Assembly (NCBI RefSeq): GCF_009914755.1
Contig: NC_060938.1
Source of the DNA: the human T2T-CHM13v2.0 reference genome, Homo sapiens
Reading direction: 5' to 3' (one strand)
Length of the DNA stretch: 64,000 nt
Shown here: positions 44,217 through 61,940 of the stretch, in pieces
How positions within the stretch are numbered: position 1 is the stretch's first letter
How the letters are laid out: each line of letters begins with the position of its first letter
Translations under genes and position numbers: made by a program
Notes under the pieces: generated by a model
The model's input: only the letters and a program-made list of their open reading frames with translations
The model's database searches: none
Told to the model about the DNA's origin: nothing

Positions 44217-46469
44217 GTAAGTCCTGAAAAGAGGGCATCACCTTTGTCCTGGGGGATTAGGAGCTGACCAGATTCCTCTTGACTCCCTCCCAGAACAAGT
44301 GGGGCAGGTGCTGCAATTAATGTTGCCCCCCAGAAGATGTGTTTGCACTGGCTGAGCAAATATACGATGCAGAGACCTAAATGAAGACACGTGAATGGGG
44401 TGTGTGGACATCAGTTAGTAGCTGGGAAACAGGTGCCTCTCAGGCCTCTCGTGCTCCAGCAAGTGTGGAATATGCCTGTGCCCATGAGTGTAGACATCTG
44501 GAGTGTATACATTTGGCTGCTGCTTTTGCTGCCACTATTCCCAGGCCCAACCTGGCTTAAAGTCCAGGTTTTAAGTAAAAAGTAGGAGGCTTTTTGCCAC
44601 ACAGCTACTTGAGAGGCTGAGGTGAAAGCATCACTGGAGCCTAAGAGATTGAGGCTGCAGTGACCCATGATTCAGCCACTGCACTGACACAGTGAGACCT
44701 GCGTGTGCCTTTCTACAGAGAATACCTCTGGGGCATTTGGGGATCCCTACAGTCCCGGACCCTCCCTGTCCCCTGCTGCCTGTGCTTCTTCCCTTGCCTG
44801 CTGTCAGAGCCTAACATGGAGGAGGAGGTTGCCGCCCTGTGAGCCTGAGGGAGCTGTGTCTGACTGGAACTTCTGTCTGGGGTTTTGCGAAGACCTACTT
44901 ATGAATATGGTCTGTCCAGATACCTTGTTTCAAAGGAAGTGAACATGAGCTAGCAAGTGTAGCCACCCCACAGCTGATAAACAACTTTGTCTTGTTTTTA
45001 AATCATCAATCTTCATTTCACATTGGAATAAAGTAAGTGAAACCTGCTACCCCAGCCTCTCCCGTGTGTTCTGTAGCCCAGACTCATGTGGTTGTGTGGG
45101 CTGTTGTCAGAAATGTTATTAAAAGGTTATGCATAAATTAGATCAAATATAAAATTATGCTTATAATGTCACTTGATTGGGAGGTAAGAGGGTAGAGTCA
45201 CAGGAAATCTGTTGGGGTTTACACCCCTGCTACTTATCAAGCTCATAAGAGTGTGACACTGGTGACCATCACCTGACATTGGTGACAGAAGAGAAAAGGC
45301 CGAAGTGAAGGCCAGGTAGGAGAGAGGTGCCACGCTGTGGGGCCAGGCCCTGCGCATGCTGGGCCTGTTAGGTCACTGAACATCTAACTACCCGGGAACC
45401 AGCTCTTTTCACATCATTTGAGGTAAGACGATGGGGGAGCACTCTCCAGAAGTCACACTGCGCTGGGAGAATGGAGGAGAGCCTACATCCCGCCATCTTA
45501 GGGTAGGTTTTAGATTGAGCTGGACTGTCTTGGAGAGCTAATGAGATGGGAGGAAGACAGTCCCCCAGGTGCACCTGACAGCCAGAGCCTATGAAGTTAG
45601 GGGGGTTGTGTGGGGGTGGCCTGTCCCTATAAGAGGAGGAGCTTAAAGCTCTTAAAGCTGGTGGCTGCTGCTCTGCCATCCCTCTACAGAGCAGGCAAGT
45701 CCTCAGCTGCACGAATATCTGAATGTCTTTTGGAGTGTTAGAGTCCTCTGTGTCTTAGAAATTTTGAAAAGAAAAACAAATCTCAATTTTAATGTTGATT
45801 AGTTTCTCTGAGCCAATTGGGAAAAAAAACGTCCTTCACCTCAAAGGTTTAAGTGACACCGAAGGGTAGCCACCAGTGTCTCGGCCACTGAAGCCTCATG
45901 CACGCTCTCACTACCAGTTTGATTTGCAGCCCCATAGTTGTGTTGTACTACATATTCTTTCCTCTGGCCTTGTCCAGTGAACACGGTTCACATGGCTAAC
46001 ACCACTTCTTGAGATGCGAGCACCATGCAAAGCTGAAAACGGATTGGGTTTTGTGACCATTGTGCCTCCTCCTTACCTGAGAGGCCCATTTTCCCTGGTT
46101 GATTCATTAAGTGTATTGGTGCTGTCAGTCACCTTTGGACAATTCCAATGACAAGTGGCTGTTGATTCATAAAGAAAATGAAGGCTTTAGATGTGACACC
46201 CTCATTTTCTCTTGTCCTTCTCTTAGGTGAAAGATTTTATTTTTTTCAAAAGGCTACATACTGGTATCCCAGCAGGTGGAATGTAAGAAGGGGCAATTGT
46301 TGGGCTATGGTATCAGTGTGGATGGGCAATTCTTCAAGATGGAAAACCAAGTCTCACTGAGTTGCTGGAGCCATAGTCACCTTTCTCCACATCCCCCACC
46401 ATGGGCTTTCACTTTTCTCCTGTGCTTGAATTTTTTTCACATACAAATTTTTATACACACACACACACG

Positions 46470-46732
46470 TCACACTCTGTCAGTGCATGGGCTGAATCTT
46501 GGTTCACTTCAGCCTCAAACTCTTAGGCTCCAGTGATGCTTTCACCTCAGCCTCTCAAGTAGCTGGGACTACAGGCATGCAAAGCTACGCCCAGACAATT
46601 TTTAAATATTTTTCTAGAGACTGAGCCTACTTATGTTGCCCAGACACGTCTTGAACTCCTGGGATCAAGCGATCATCCCACCTTGGCCACCCAAAGTGTT
46701 TAGATTACAGGTCTGAGCTACCACTCTCAGCA
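46470..46732 (-). mobile_element. Old Alu (AluJ-like), mirror copy
   Basis: Reverse complement of 1385..1650. Confidence 0.85.
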
Positions 46733-48272
46733 AAAATATATTTTAAAGAACAGTTACAACCAAATTATGAGTTATGATTATGCCACTGTCCTCCAGCCTG
46801 GGCACCAGAGCAAGACCTTGTATCCAAAAACTAAGCAAAACTAAACAAGAACAAAAAAAAAACCTTATAAACAAATTAAATTTTAAGATTATGTCATCTG
46901 TGTCCTTCCCTGCCCTCCAAGCTATCAATGTTAAATATAATGGTTATTGAGAAAATGGTTAGATATTATTAAGAAATTTCTATATATCTTCCAGCTGAGA
47001 ATAGGTATTCTGATGTGGCCCAAATATTTTCTCACCGCTACCTTCAGGGTCTCAACTAACAAATCAGGACACCTGCAGAGGACAGTTGGCCGTTTTCAAA
47101 TAGAAAGAGAAATACCCCCGTTCATGAGAGTAATCCAGTGATTTTCAAAAAGACAAGTCAGACTGACATGCAGCGCAGTCGGGCCACAATTACCCTGGAA
47201 TAATCACTTCATACAGAATGGTTGAGGAGACTTTCTAAGATGAGCAAATTTGGGCAGCATAATCCTTGCTTATTTATTCCCGGCCCCCGCTGCCCGCCTG
47301 ATTCCTAATGGCCACCCTACAATGTGGTCAGCAGTGGGATGTAGCGTGGTGAGAGAGGGGCTCAGGGATGGGATGAAGGTCTTTCCTGCATTATCAAAAT
47401 GCAGGTTAAAAAGTTGTTAAAAAGATGTCCAAATGTTCTAATTCCTACTGTTAAATAGCTGCTAAGACGCATTATACAACAGACCCAGGTAAGGGAAGGA
47501 GCATGTGCATTTCAAGTCTCAGCTCACGTCTTAATTAGCTGTGATACTCTGGGCATGTGACCCCTACTATACGAGCCTGTTTGCCTGTCAACCCAAAACA
47601 ATCCTAAGCAAAAACACCAAAGCTTGAGGCATCCTGCTACCCGACTTCAAACTATACTACAAGGCTGCAGTAACCAAAACAGCACAGTACTGATACCAAA
47701 ACAGATATATAGACGAATGGAACAGAACAGAGGCCTCAGTAATAACATCACACATCTACAACCATCTTATCTCTAACAAACCTGACAAAAACAAGCAATG
47801 GAGAAAGATTTACTACTTAACAAATGGTGCTTAAAGAACTGGCTAGTCACATTCAGAAAACAGAAACTGGACCCCTTCCTTACACCTTATACAAACATTA
47901 TCTCAAGATGGATTAAAGTCTTAAATATAAAACACCAAACCACAAAAACCCTAGAAGAAAACCTAGGCAATACCATTCAGGACATAGTCATGAGCAAAGA
48001 CTTCAGGAATAAAATACCAAAAGCAATCACAACAAAAGCTAAAATTGACAAATGAGATCTAATTAAACTAACGAGCTTCTGCACAGCAAAAGAATCTATC
48101 ATCAGAGTGACCAGGCAACCTACAGAATGACAGAAAATTTTTGCAATCTATCCATGTGTCAGAGGTCTAATATCCAGAATCTACAAGGAACTTAAATTCA
48201 CACACACACACACACAAAACATCAGAAAGTGAGTAAAGAATATGAACAGACTATTCTCAAAAGAAGACATTT

Positions 48273-48654
<382 letters not shown>

Positions 48655-49489
48655 TTATGTGGTCAACAAACACACAAAAAGGAAAAAGAAAAAAGCTCAT
48701 CATCACTGATAGTTAGAGAAATGCAAATCAAAACCACAATGGGATACCATCTCACACCATTTGGAATGGCAGTTATTAAAATGTCAGGAACAACAGATGC
48801 TGGTGAGGCTGTGGAGAAATAGAAACGCTTTTACACTGCTGGGGGGGTGGTGGTGTAAATTAGTTCAACCGTTATGGAAGACAGTGTGGTGATTCCCTAA
48901 GTATCTAGAACCAGAAATACCATTTGACCCAGCAATCTCATTACTGGGTATATACCCAAAGGAATATAAATCATTCTAGCATAAAGACACATGAACTCAT
49001 ATATCTATTGCAGCACTGTTTACAATAACAAAGACTTGGAACCAACCTAATGCCCATCATTGATAGACTGGAAAAAGAAAATGTGGCACATATACACCAT
49101 GAAATAATATTCAGCCATAAAAAGAATGAGTTCATGTCCTTTGCAGTGACGTGGATGACGCTGGAAACCATTCTCTTCAGCAAACTAACACGGGAACAGG
49201 AAGCAAAACACCATATGTTCTCACTCATATGTGGGAGTTGAACAATGAGAACACATGGACACCGGGAACAAAACATCACACACTGGGGCCTGTTAGGATG
49301 TTGAGGTCAAGGGGAGGGAGAAAATTAGGACAAATACCTAATGCATATGGGGCTTAAATCCTAGACGTCAGGTTGATAGAAGTAGCAAACCACCATGGCA
49401 CATGTAAAACTATGTAACAAACCTGCACGTTCTGCACATGTATTCCAGAACTTAAAGTAAAACAAACTAACAAAAATGCACTAAGGCTG

Positions 49490-50130
49490 AGGGGGAGTGG
49501 GGGTAGGGGCAGGAGTCAGGCGGGGGTGGGTGAGTCCTGGAGTTTTATCCAGTCATTGACACTGATGTGGGAACCGCCCAATCAGGCGCGCAGTTGGAGA
49601 GGACAGGAGAGGAGGGCGTGGCTTCCGGCGTTTGGCGGGATCTGTGTCTCTCGCTGGCGCTGGCACAGGAACTTGGGATCTGTCTCTTCCTTCGCCTCCT
49701 GCACCTTGGGAGCCCTGGGCTACTCTTTCACGGCCCCTGTTGCCCTGTGATCTGTAGGTCCTTGGGGACGCACAGTTAAGGTGCCAGGACATCCTGGAAG
49801 CTGGGAAATGGTGAGTATACGGGGTTCGGCATCCCGAGAGGGGAGAGCAGGCTGTGAAACCGGCAGGACCGGCCTCCCCACGGTTAGCTCCGAGTCTCCC
49901 GCAGCTTGGCCCTCAGTCCCCTGTGGCTGCAAGATGGCCGCTGGGCCAGCAGCGAGGACCCCCACATCCGGCCTGGCCCATCCGGTCCTGTCCCTGGGCA
50001 GCGCCCTGCTCTGCGCCCACAGCCATGAGTATTTCCCAGATTGTTCAGGGAGGCCTGGTGGGTCATCAGGGAAAAACCGCGACTGGGTGTTTGCGTGGGA
50101 GGAGCTGCGGCCCGTGGGGTCCACAGTCTC
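49490..50130 (+). promoter_or_regulatory. CpG-island Pol II promoter with ZNF91-family KRAB-ZNF-type first exon (probable lncRNA promoter)
   Basis: GC/CpG-rich island with GC box and CCAAT (ccgcccaatcag, 49574-49585), SP/KLF gggcgtggc, ETS-like cttccgg (~49622) and YY1-like aagatggccg (49931-49940). The exon ends gggaaATG|gtgagt (ATG 49808-49810). The leader ...ccctgtgatctgtagg...cacagttaag...ccaggacatcctggaagc... resembles ZNF91-subfamily exon 1 as recalled. Confidence 0.82.
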
Positions 50131-51100
50131 TCTTGTTAAAAATTAACGGGAGTCTATGTTAAACGTTAACCAGTTTATCTGAACAAACAGTGATTGGTGA
50201 AATGGAAAGCACCCAGCCATGATTTCTGGTCCACCAGAGGGGCATAAAGGAAAGGCTTTTATAAGATGCATGAGAAAGCAACCCAAATTCAAAAATTGGT
50301 TCCAGTTATGTAGTCACCTTATTTGAACTATCCAGATGGAAATGTCCTGGTTACATATTCAGAGGTTAATTGCATGTTTGCCATTGGTTAAACGTGCATT
50401 TTGTTTCAGGCTAAGATAATGGTTTATAGGAAATGTATTTGAGTTAGGTTTTAGTTTTTTTTTTTTTTTTAACCTATGAACCCAGGACACTAGAGCCACT
50501 TTAGTCTAATTTTCTGCTCTTTAATTATTTTAACTCTCCAGAGGAGGACTGGTTTTCTCCTGTGTTTTTTTTACTATATGGCAAGTGGAACCTCTAATCG
50601 ACCACCCTGTTTTTCAGCCTAACTCAGGCTTGTGGTAAAATTATCAGTTCCCACTTTCTTTGCTGCATTCTCAAATGCAACACAGGAGAACAGCTTTCCC
50701 TTGCAAATTCACAATGCTGTTAACTATTTGTCCTTTATTATACATTTCATTAAAGTTTTCTATTATTGGATTTCTTTCTACTTCTCCCTACAGTTCTGGC
50801 AATATTTGCTTTTTATATTTAGAAGCCTCCCTTTTGGGTGCATAAATATATATAGCTATATTCACTTGACAAATTAACCTCTATTATTATTGTATGGTAA
50901 ACTCATTTCATGCTTGTGAGAGACATTGCTAGAAAGTCTATTTTGTCTAATTTAAGCATAACTACCATTGAACTCCTTTGGCTATTATTTGCATGGAATA
51001 TCATTTTCTATCCTTTCACTTTTAGCCTATGCTCTTAATTCATAATTGAGTCTCTTGTAAGCAGCATATTACGAGGTTTAAAAGTTTCATTTATCCACTC

Positions 51101-51466
51101 TGTCTGCTTTAGTCTCTTTTGGCTGTTATAACAGAATATCACAGACTGGTAATTAATAAAGAACAGAATTTTATTTGACTCATGATTCTGGAGGCTGGGA
51201 AGGTAAAAGAACGTTACTGGTATCTGTTGAAGGTCTAGTTGCTGGATAATAACATGGCCAAAGATGTGAGGGAGAGAGAGCTTTTTTTTTTAATATATAA
51301 CAGATCCATTCTTGTTAAAATTAACCCATTCCCATAATAAGAACATTAATCCATTCATGAGGGCAGAGTGCTTATAGCTTAATTAATTTTTAAAGGTTCC
51401 ACCTCTTAATTCTATCACATTGGCCATTTTATCCTAAATTTTGGAGATGACATTCAGTCTACAGAA
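51101..51466. mobile_element. MaLR LTR (MST/MLT1A-like)
   Basis: ttagtc...gctgttataacagaatatcacagactgg...ttctggaggctgggaag...attaatccattcatgagggcagag motifs. Confidence 0.8.
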
Positions 51467-51609
51467 GTATCTGTTTAGTAGATAATTTAATCTTTTTATT
51501 TGTAAGGTAGTGATAGGTAAGCAGTTACTATTGTACATTTGTAGTTTTCTGTCCATTTTAAGTTTGCTTCTTTTTTTTCTGGTTCTGTCTTTCCTGTGGT
51601 ATTGTTCAT

Positions 51610-51830
51610 TTTTGTTGATACAAAGTTATGCTTTCTTGCTCAGACTGAAGTTCAGTGGCATATCACAGCTCACTGTAGCCTCAATCTCCTGGGCTCAAGC
51701 AATCCTCCCCCCTTAGCCACCCAAGTAGCTTGGACTACTTGGGCACGTACCACAACACCCAAGGAGCTTATGATTCTTCCACCTTGGCCTCCAAAAGTGT
51801 TGGAATTATAAGCAGGAGCCACTGTATCCA
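51610..51830 (-). mobile_element. Degenerate, internally deleted Alu
   Basis: gctcactgtagcctcaatctcctgggctcaagcaatcc...ccttggcctccaaaagtgttggaatta. Confidence 0.75.
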
Positions 51831-53083
51831 ATGTGTAATTTTTGTTGTTTGTGTATGCTTTAATTATTTTCTCTTTTTCTTTACTATGTTTTTTTCCCCC
51901 CAGTGGTTATCATGAGACTTATGTAAAACCTCTTGTATTTTAATAGTCTAGTTTAAGATGATAACAATTTAGAGTATTCTGAATTTCAGTATGTATTTAC
52001 CATTTTTAGTGACATTTATACTTTAGTATTTTTCATATTGTTAGTTAGCATTTCGTCATATCAATGTGAAGATTTCTTCCAGACCATGGCTGGAGAAGGA
52101 AAGAAGGTGTGTTTTGCCTGATTCAGGGACTATAGAGAGAACCAAGTTCTGCAGGCCTGTCACCTAAGTCTCAGATGAGTATGAATTCTCTTGTGTTTTT
52201 CACAGATTTTTGCAGTGGCAGGACCAAGTTCAAATGAGTCATAGCCAAGTCTACAGTAAGATGTGGTAGTATTCTGTTTTGAACCGAGGACCATGATTGG
52301 CAAGCTTGCCACTTGGTCAAGTACTTACCCTCTAAAGATGTCTTCCTTGGTCTTTGCCTCCAGCTGGGTGTCACAAACTCTGAACTGGATTCTAAGGCTT
52401 TCATGAATGCACTTATGTTTCCTGTGGCAGCTGCATTATGTTGTGGGGGATGTGCATGCCGAACCTCCCATTCTGTCGTCTTGCTTATGTTACTCTCCTT
52501 TATGTTTCACTTTCTCAAATGAATGTCAAGCTGGTGATTTTTAGATTCAAAAATTCTAAAATAAATTGCTCAAATTTCCACATTATGTAAGCTATTAATA
52601 AAATGTCTTGTAGGTGCTACATATTCATTAAAATTTTTGGTTGTAATTTTAAGCTCACTGCAGGCAGAATGGAATCATTAACATTTATATTCTTTTTTTT
52701 AGTCTGTATCTAAATGATGGTATATTTTAATTCCAGATATTTACTTTATACTGCAGTAATGCTCGTCATATTTTGCAAAATTTATGTTGTTCTTTTATTT
52801 GGAAATATAAGGCTTTTTTAGCTCCTGAAATCTATATTATAGTCATATAATTTTATTATGTTTTGTGGTAAGAAGTGCAGCAACATATTGAGAACATAAT
52901 AAAATTATCCTGTATTTTTAATGATTATTTATTAAATTCCTCTCATTACAGCCTGTTATTAATGATTGTAATGTATTTTCTGTATAATTTTACTTCAATT
53001 TATTAAATTCTAATGACTTAAATTGTCTGCTTTTCATGAGTGCACACAGTTGAATGCTGTAGGTATCTAAAGAAATATTTTTC

Positions 53084-53393
53084 GGCCGGTTGTGGTGGCT
53101 CATGCCTGTATTCCCAGCACCTTGGGAGGCCAAGGCGGGTGGATCACGAGGTCAGGAGATCGAGACAACCCTGACTAACATGGTGAAACCCCGTCTCTAC
53201 TAAATATACAAAAAATTAGCCGGGCATAGTGGCAGGCGCCTGTATCCCCAGCTACTCAGGAGGCTGAGGCAGGAGAATGGCGTGAACTCAGTGGACAGAG
53301 TTTGCAGTGAGCCGAGATCGCGCCACTGCACTCCAGCCTGGGCAACAGGGCAAGACTCTGTCTCAAAAAAAAATAAAAAAAACAAAACAAAAC
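53084..53393 (+). mobile_element. AluY-like element
   Basis: Diagnostic gatcacgaggtcaggagatcgagac and ggagaatggcgtgaac; A-rich tail. Confidence 0.93.
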
Positions 53394-53685
53394 GGTTATT
53401 TTCCATTGTAAATCTATGTTGTATTCAGGATTTTATGCATGAAAATCTCTCTTCTTATTTTCAATTCCGTGTTATTGTGTTTCTTTTCTTGGGAGTTATG
53501 TTTTCTCAGATCAGTTAAATGTATTTTTATTTTAAAGCTTGATATCATCAGTTGAAAGATAATTTTTAGCTCGGTACACTTTATCTCAATGTGATGTTTA
53601 ATATATGTGTGAATTAGCTGTGTTTGTTGCTTATAGATATATCTGTATGTTTTTCACTTATGTAAGTATGACATCTTTTTCCTTG

Positions 53686-54803
53686 TTTTTTTTTTTTTTC
53701 AGTTTCAGATAGGCTTTTTTTTTTTTTTAAGAGAATTTTAAAACAGAGTCGAAAGAAGAGAAATCAGTTATTTGTCCTCTTGCAGGGTGGGGAGACAACT
53801 TCCTTCCCCACAGGTTTGAGGCTATGCCTAAGTGGTGAGTCTTGAGGAGATGCAGAAAGGATCCATCCCAGGCACTTGGCTGGACTTAAGTAAGCATAGC
53901 CTTTGGGCCACAAGACCTGATGGTTTGGGTACTGGTCTGGACATAAGTCCCCATCTTCCCAGAAATATCGTCTTTTGTCTGCAACAACTGGCTGGAGAAA
54001 TATTTCAGAAAGATATGTGTCTGGAACACCCAAAGGCATACTTTTCCTTTCTCCTTGGCATAGGCCTTGCAGCACTGAAGAAAGACCAGGTTTGCAATGG
54101 AGCCTTCAACAGTCTTCATCCCTATGGAACTCAGGGTCTCATAGGGTGACAGGAGAGGAGACAAAGCTAACTTGGGAAGAGTCTTTGTCCTTCAGCTTCT
54201 CCCCTACTGAAACACTATATATTGGGCCCACAGTTCATCACAAAACACACATGCTCTCTTTCTTTCTCTCACACCCACATCTTGGGAACCCAAAAAACTT
54301 GATGGCAGGTAGCTCTGGGTATCCTTGGTCTGGCATTCACCCACTGGGAATCTAAGCTGTCCTAAAGCTCTTTTCAATCACTTCTCACTGTTTCCAGGCC
54401 CATGTGGGTAGGTGTTCCAGGCTTCATTCTTTCAGGCTGATCATAAAGGCACAGTGTGGGAAAATCCCCTACTGTGATGGCCATTGCTGGGAAGCAGGAA
54501 AGGCTAAGGGCCCACTGCTGCCCAAGGCTAGTGTAGACGCCCTCTGCTCCACTCATGTCCTCAAAGACTGATATCAGGTGCAGCAACTGCTGTCTGGAAT
54601 GTTATCAAACCAGGACTGCACAGGCACTGCATTCTCTGTGTGGAAGACGTAAGAAGCAGGCGAGTTGTCCAGGATGAGAGTTTTCCTCAGGTCCCTCCCC
54701 AGATGGCTGAGGTCATTGACATAGCAGCCCTGGTGGAACAAACGTAACTCATGCACTAGGCAACCCCAGAACACCTCACACTGGTCCAGCACACCCATCA
54801 CAA
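53686..54803 (-). pseudogene. CTDSP2: Processed CTDSP2 pseudogene, 3' part (C-terminal CDS, partial 3'UTR, A-tracts)
   Basis: [45 protein letters not shown], then after a frameshift [20 protein letters not shown], match the CTDSP2 C-terminus. The ancestral stop is near 54504-54506. T-tracts at ~53686-53728 are A-tracts on the minus strand. Confidence 0.93.
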
Positions 54804-56122
54804 TGTGTCTGGAATTGGTGGGTTCTTGTTCTCACTGACTTCAAGAATGAAGCCACAGACCCTCACGGTGAGTGTTACAGTTCTTAAAGGTGGCATGTCT
54901 GGAGTTTGTTCCTTCTGACATTCGGATGTGTTGAGAGTTTCTTCCCTCTGGTGGGCTCGTGGTCTCGCTGGCTCAGGAGTGAAGCTGCAGATGTTCGCGG
55001 TGAGTGTTACAGCTCTTAAGGTGGCACATCTGGAGTTGTTCATTCCTCCAGGTGGGTTCGTGGTCTCGCTGGCTTCAGGAGTGAAGTTGTGGACCTTCAC
55101 AGTGAGTGTTACAGCTCATAAAGGCATTGTGGACCCAAAGAGTGAGCAGCAGCAAGATTTATTGCAAAGAGCAAAAGAACAAAGCTTCCACAGTGTGGAA
55201 GGGGACCCGAGTGGGTTGCCACTGCTGGCTGGGGCAGCCTACTTTTATTCCCTTATCTGGCCCCACCCACATCTTGCTGATTGTTAGAGCTGAGTGGTCT
55301 TTTTTCACAGGGCGCTGATTGGTGTGTTTACAATCCCTGAGCTAGACACAAAGGTTCTCCACATCCCCACCAGTGTAGCTAGATACAGAGTGTTGATTGG
55401 TGCATTCACAAACCCTGAGCTAGACACAGGGTGCTGGTTGGCATGTTTACAAACCTTGAGCTAGATACAGAGTGCTGATTGGTGTATTTACAATCCCTGA
55501 GCTAGACACAAAGTTTCTCCACGTCCCCACAAGACTCAGGAGCCCAGCTGGCTTCACCCAGTGGATCCCCCACAGGGTCTGCAGGTGTAGCTGCCTGCCA
55601 GTCTGGCACTGTGCACCCGCACTTCTCAGCCCTTGGGTGGTTGATGGGACTGGGTGCCGTGGAGCAGGGGGCGGCACTCATCCAGGAGGCTTGGGCACAC
55701 AGGAGCCCACGGATGGTGGGGAGGCTCAGGCATGGCAGGCTGCAGGACCCGAGCCCTGCCCTGTGGGAAGGCAGCGAAGGCCCAGCGAGAAATTGAGCAC
55801 AGCAGCTGCTGGCCGAGGTGTTAAGCCCCTCACTGCCTGGGGCCGGTGGGGCCAGCTGGCGGCTCCAAGTGCGGGGTCCGCCGAGCTCGCGCTGGCCTGC
55901 AAGTACTGCACACCGCCCTGGTTCCCACACGCACCTCTCCCTCCACACCTCGTCGCAAGCTGAGGGAGCCGTCTCTGACCTTGGCCAGCCCAGAAAGGGG
56001 CTCCCACAGTGCAGCGACAGGCTGAAGGGCTCCTAAAGTGCCGCCAAAGTGGGAGCCCAGGCAGAGGAGGCCCCGAGAGCAAACAAGGGTTGTCAGGACT
56101 GCCAGCACGCTGTCACCTCTCA
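54804..56122 (-). mobile_element. Solo LTR12 (ERV9 LTR, LTR12C-like), 1319 bp
   Basis: Minus strand begins tgagaggtgacagcgtgctggcagtcc and ends aagaacccaccaattccagacaca (TG...CA). It has ~41-bp CCAAT-containing tandem repeats at ~55310-55520 and three gtgagtgttacag repeats at ~54868-55115. The 4-bp target duplication is acaa/acag. Confidence 0.95.
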
Positions 56123-56920
56123 ACAGGATCTGCATACTTGTTCAGGCTGGAATGAAGAGAGCAATGAAGAAAACACATTTAAACAGTTCCTCCAGTCATC
56201 TCAGGAACTCATCCATATAAGGCCTCATGGTCCCCTCAATCTTTACAGTCACTACGCAGTCAGCATTGCTGATTGGCTTAATGGAGCTATGCACAAGGGT
56301 TTCATCCATGTCAGTGACCATACACATCTTTCCTTGATTTTTCTCTGTCACCTCTGGGAGCAGGCAGGTCCCTGGGATCTGATAAAACTGATACTGGAGA
56401 CCCTGGAGCTGATCCGACTTAGCAATGGTGTTGACTCCCTCCTTATGTGTGGAGAACTCAGTGGGGGAACTTGACTTGCCAACATGCTGGGTGCAAGAAC
56501 AGCAGAAAGTTACCTTCTAAGATGTGACAAACATGAGACCTCTTCGGAGAGCACTTTGGAAACCAGGCCTTGCTTGCTAAGGACCAGGGCATCTTCCCTC
56601 CATGCCTGGGTGGTGATGGAGCCTGGTTCCATCTAACAATCCTGAGGGCTCGGCTGGCTGGCTGGGAAGACAGCGGGCACGTTGGCTGGACTGGGCTGGG
56701 GGGCATGGGCTGGGGCCTGATTCAGTTCCCGAGAGTCTGACTTCCACAGCTGTTCACATACCCCTTCTCCTTTCCATCACAGGCCAGGAAGGGAGGCGGC
56801 CTGTAGGGACGGTGGACGGCCTTGGCAGCAGCTCCCCAGGGTGCCCCCAGCCCCAAATCCCCCAGCAGGAGCTTCAGGATCCTCAGTTTGGGTCTAACAT
56901 AGGGAATCCACCTCATACTC
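56123..56920 (-). pseudogene. CTDSP2: Processed CTDSP2 pseudogene, 5' part (5'UTR and N-terminal CDS)
   Basis: ATG at 56632 gives MEPGSITTQAWREDALVLSKQGLVSK (CTDSP2 MEHGSIITQARREDALVLTKQGLVSK), followed by a frameshift. Downstream are LQYQFYQIPGTCLLPEVTE, DMDETLVHSS (DLDET motif) and KYADP. No introns. The 5' boundary is approximate. Confidence 0.95.
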
Positions 56921-56923
56921 ATG

Positions 56924-60437
<3,514 letters not shown>

Positions 60438-60759
60438 CTTTTCTTGGTTTCTAGTGATTATTTTATTCTATCTTGGTGAGTAGTCAGGGAAATAATCTTA
60501 AATTTACAATCAACTTATAGTTTAAATCTAAATAATTAAGTGAGAAGAACCCTTTGTTATTTGAAGGGGATGTTTGAAGATTTTGTAACCGTGCCTTTTA
60601 GGTAGTCCTAAATTTCTAATTGTAGTTAAAAACATGCCATTTTCATTTCTAACATTTTAAGTATATGGTTTAGAAGTGGTAAGTATAGTTCTATTTTTTT
60701 TGCAATAGGTTTTAGATAATTTTTGTCTTACAAAAGTAAAAGTGAATACTCATTAATTC

Positions 60760-61940
<1,181 letters not shown>

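Larger units (their letters stand above)
26976..48115. repeat. Right arm of large inverted segmental duplication (part mirrored within window)
   Basis: Collinear reverse complement of 1..21069, sharing the same Alu, L1 and MaLR insertions at mirrored positions. The true outer end cannot be seen because the partner arm is cut by the window edge. Confidence 0.97.

Noticed and set aside
49781-50162. 121-aa and 102-aa ORFs in the CpG island
   Set aside because: They read through the splice donor into GC-rich intron 1, and no domain was recognised.
55310-55520. Regularly spaced ~41-bp repeats superficially like a CRISPR array
   Set aside because: They are tandem LTR12 enhancer repeats without unique spacers, in primate DNA with no cas genes.
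55472-56135. Long overlapping ORFs (163, 148, 118, 101 aa)
   Set aside because: They lie within the GC-rich part of LTR12, where stop-poor frames are expected, and have no recognisable domain.
56049-56474. 141-aa plus-strand ORF
   Set aside because: Antisense frame spanning the LTR12 end and the CTDSP2 pseudogene; non-ATG start.
53686-56920. Functional CTDSP2 gene or miR-26 host
   Set aside because: Intronless, frameshifted after about 26 codons and split by an LTR. miR-26a-2 is intronic in the parent, so a processed copy would not carry it.
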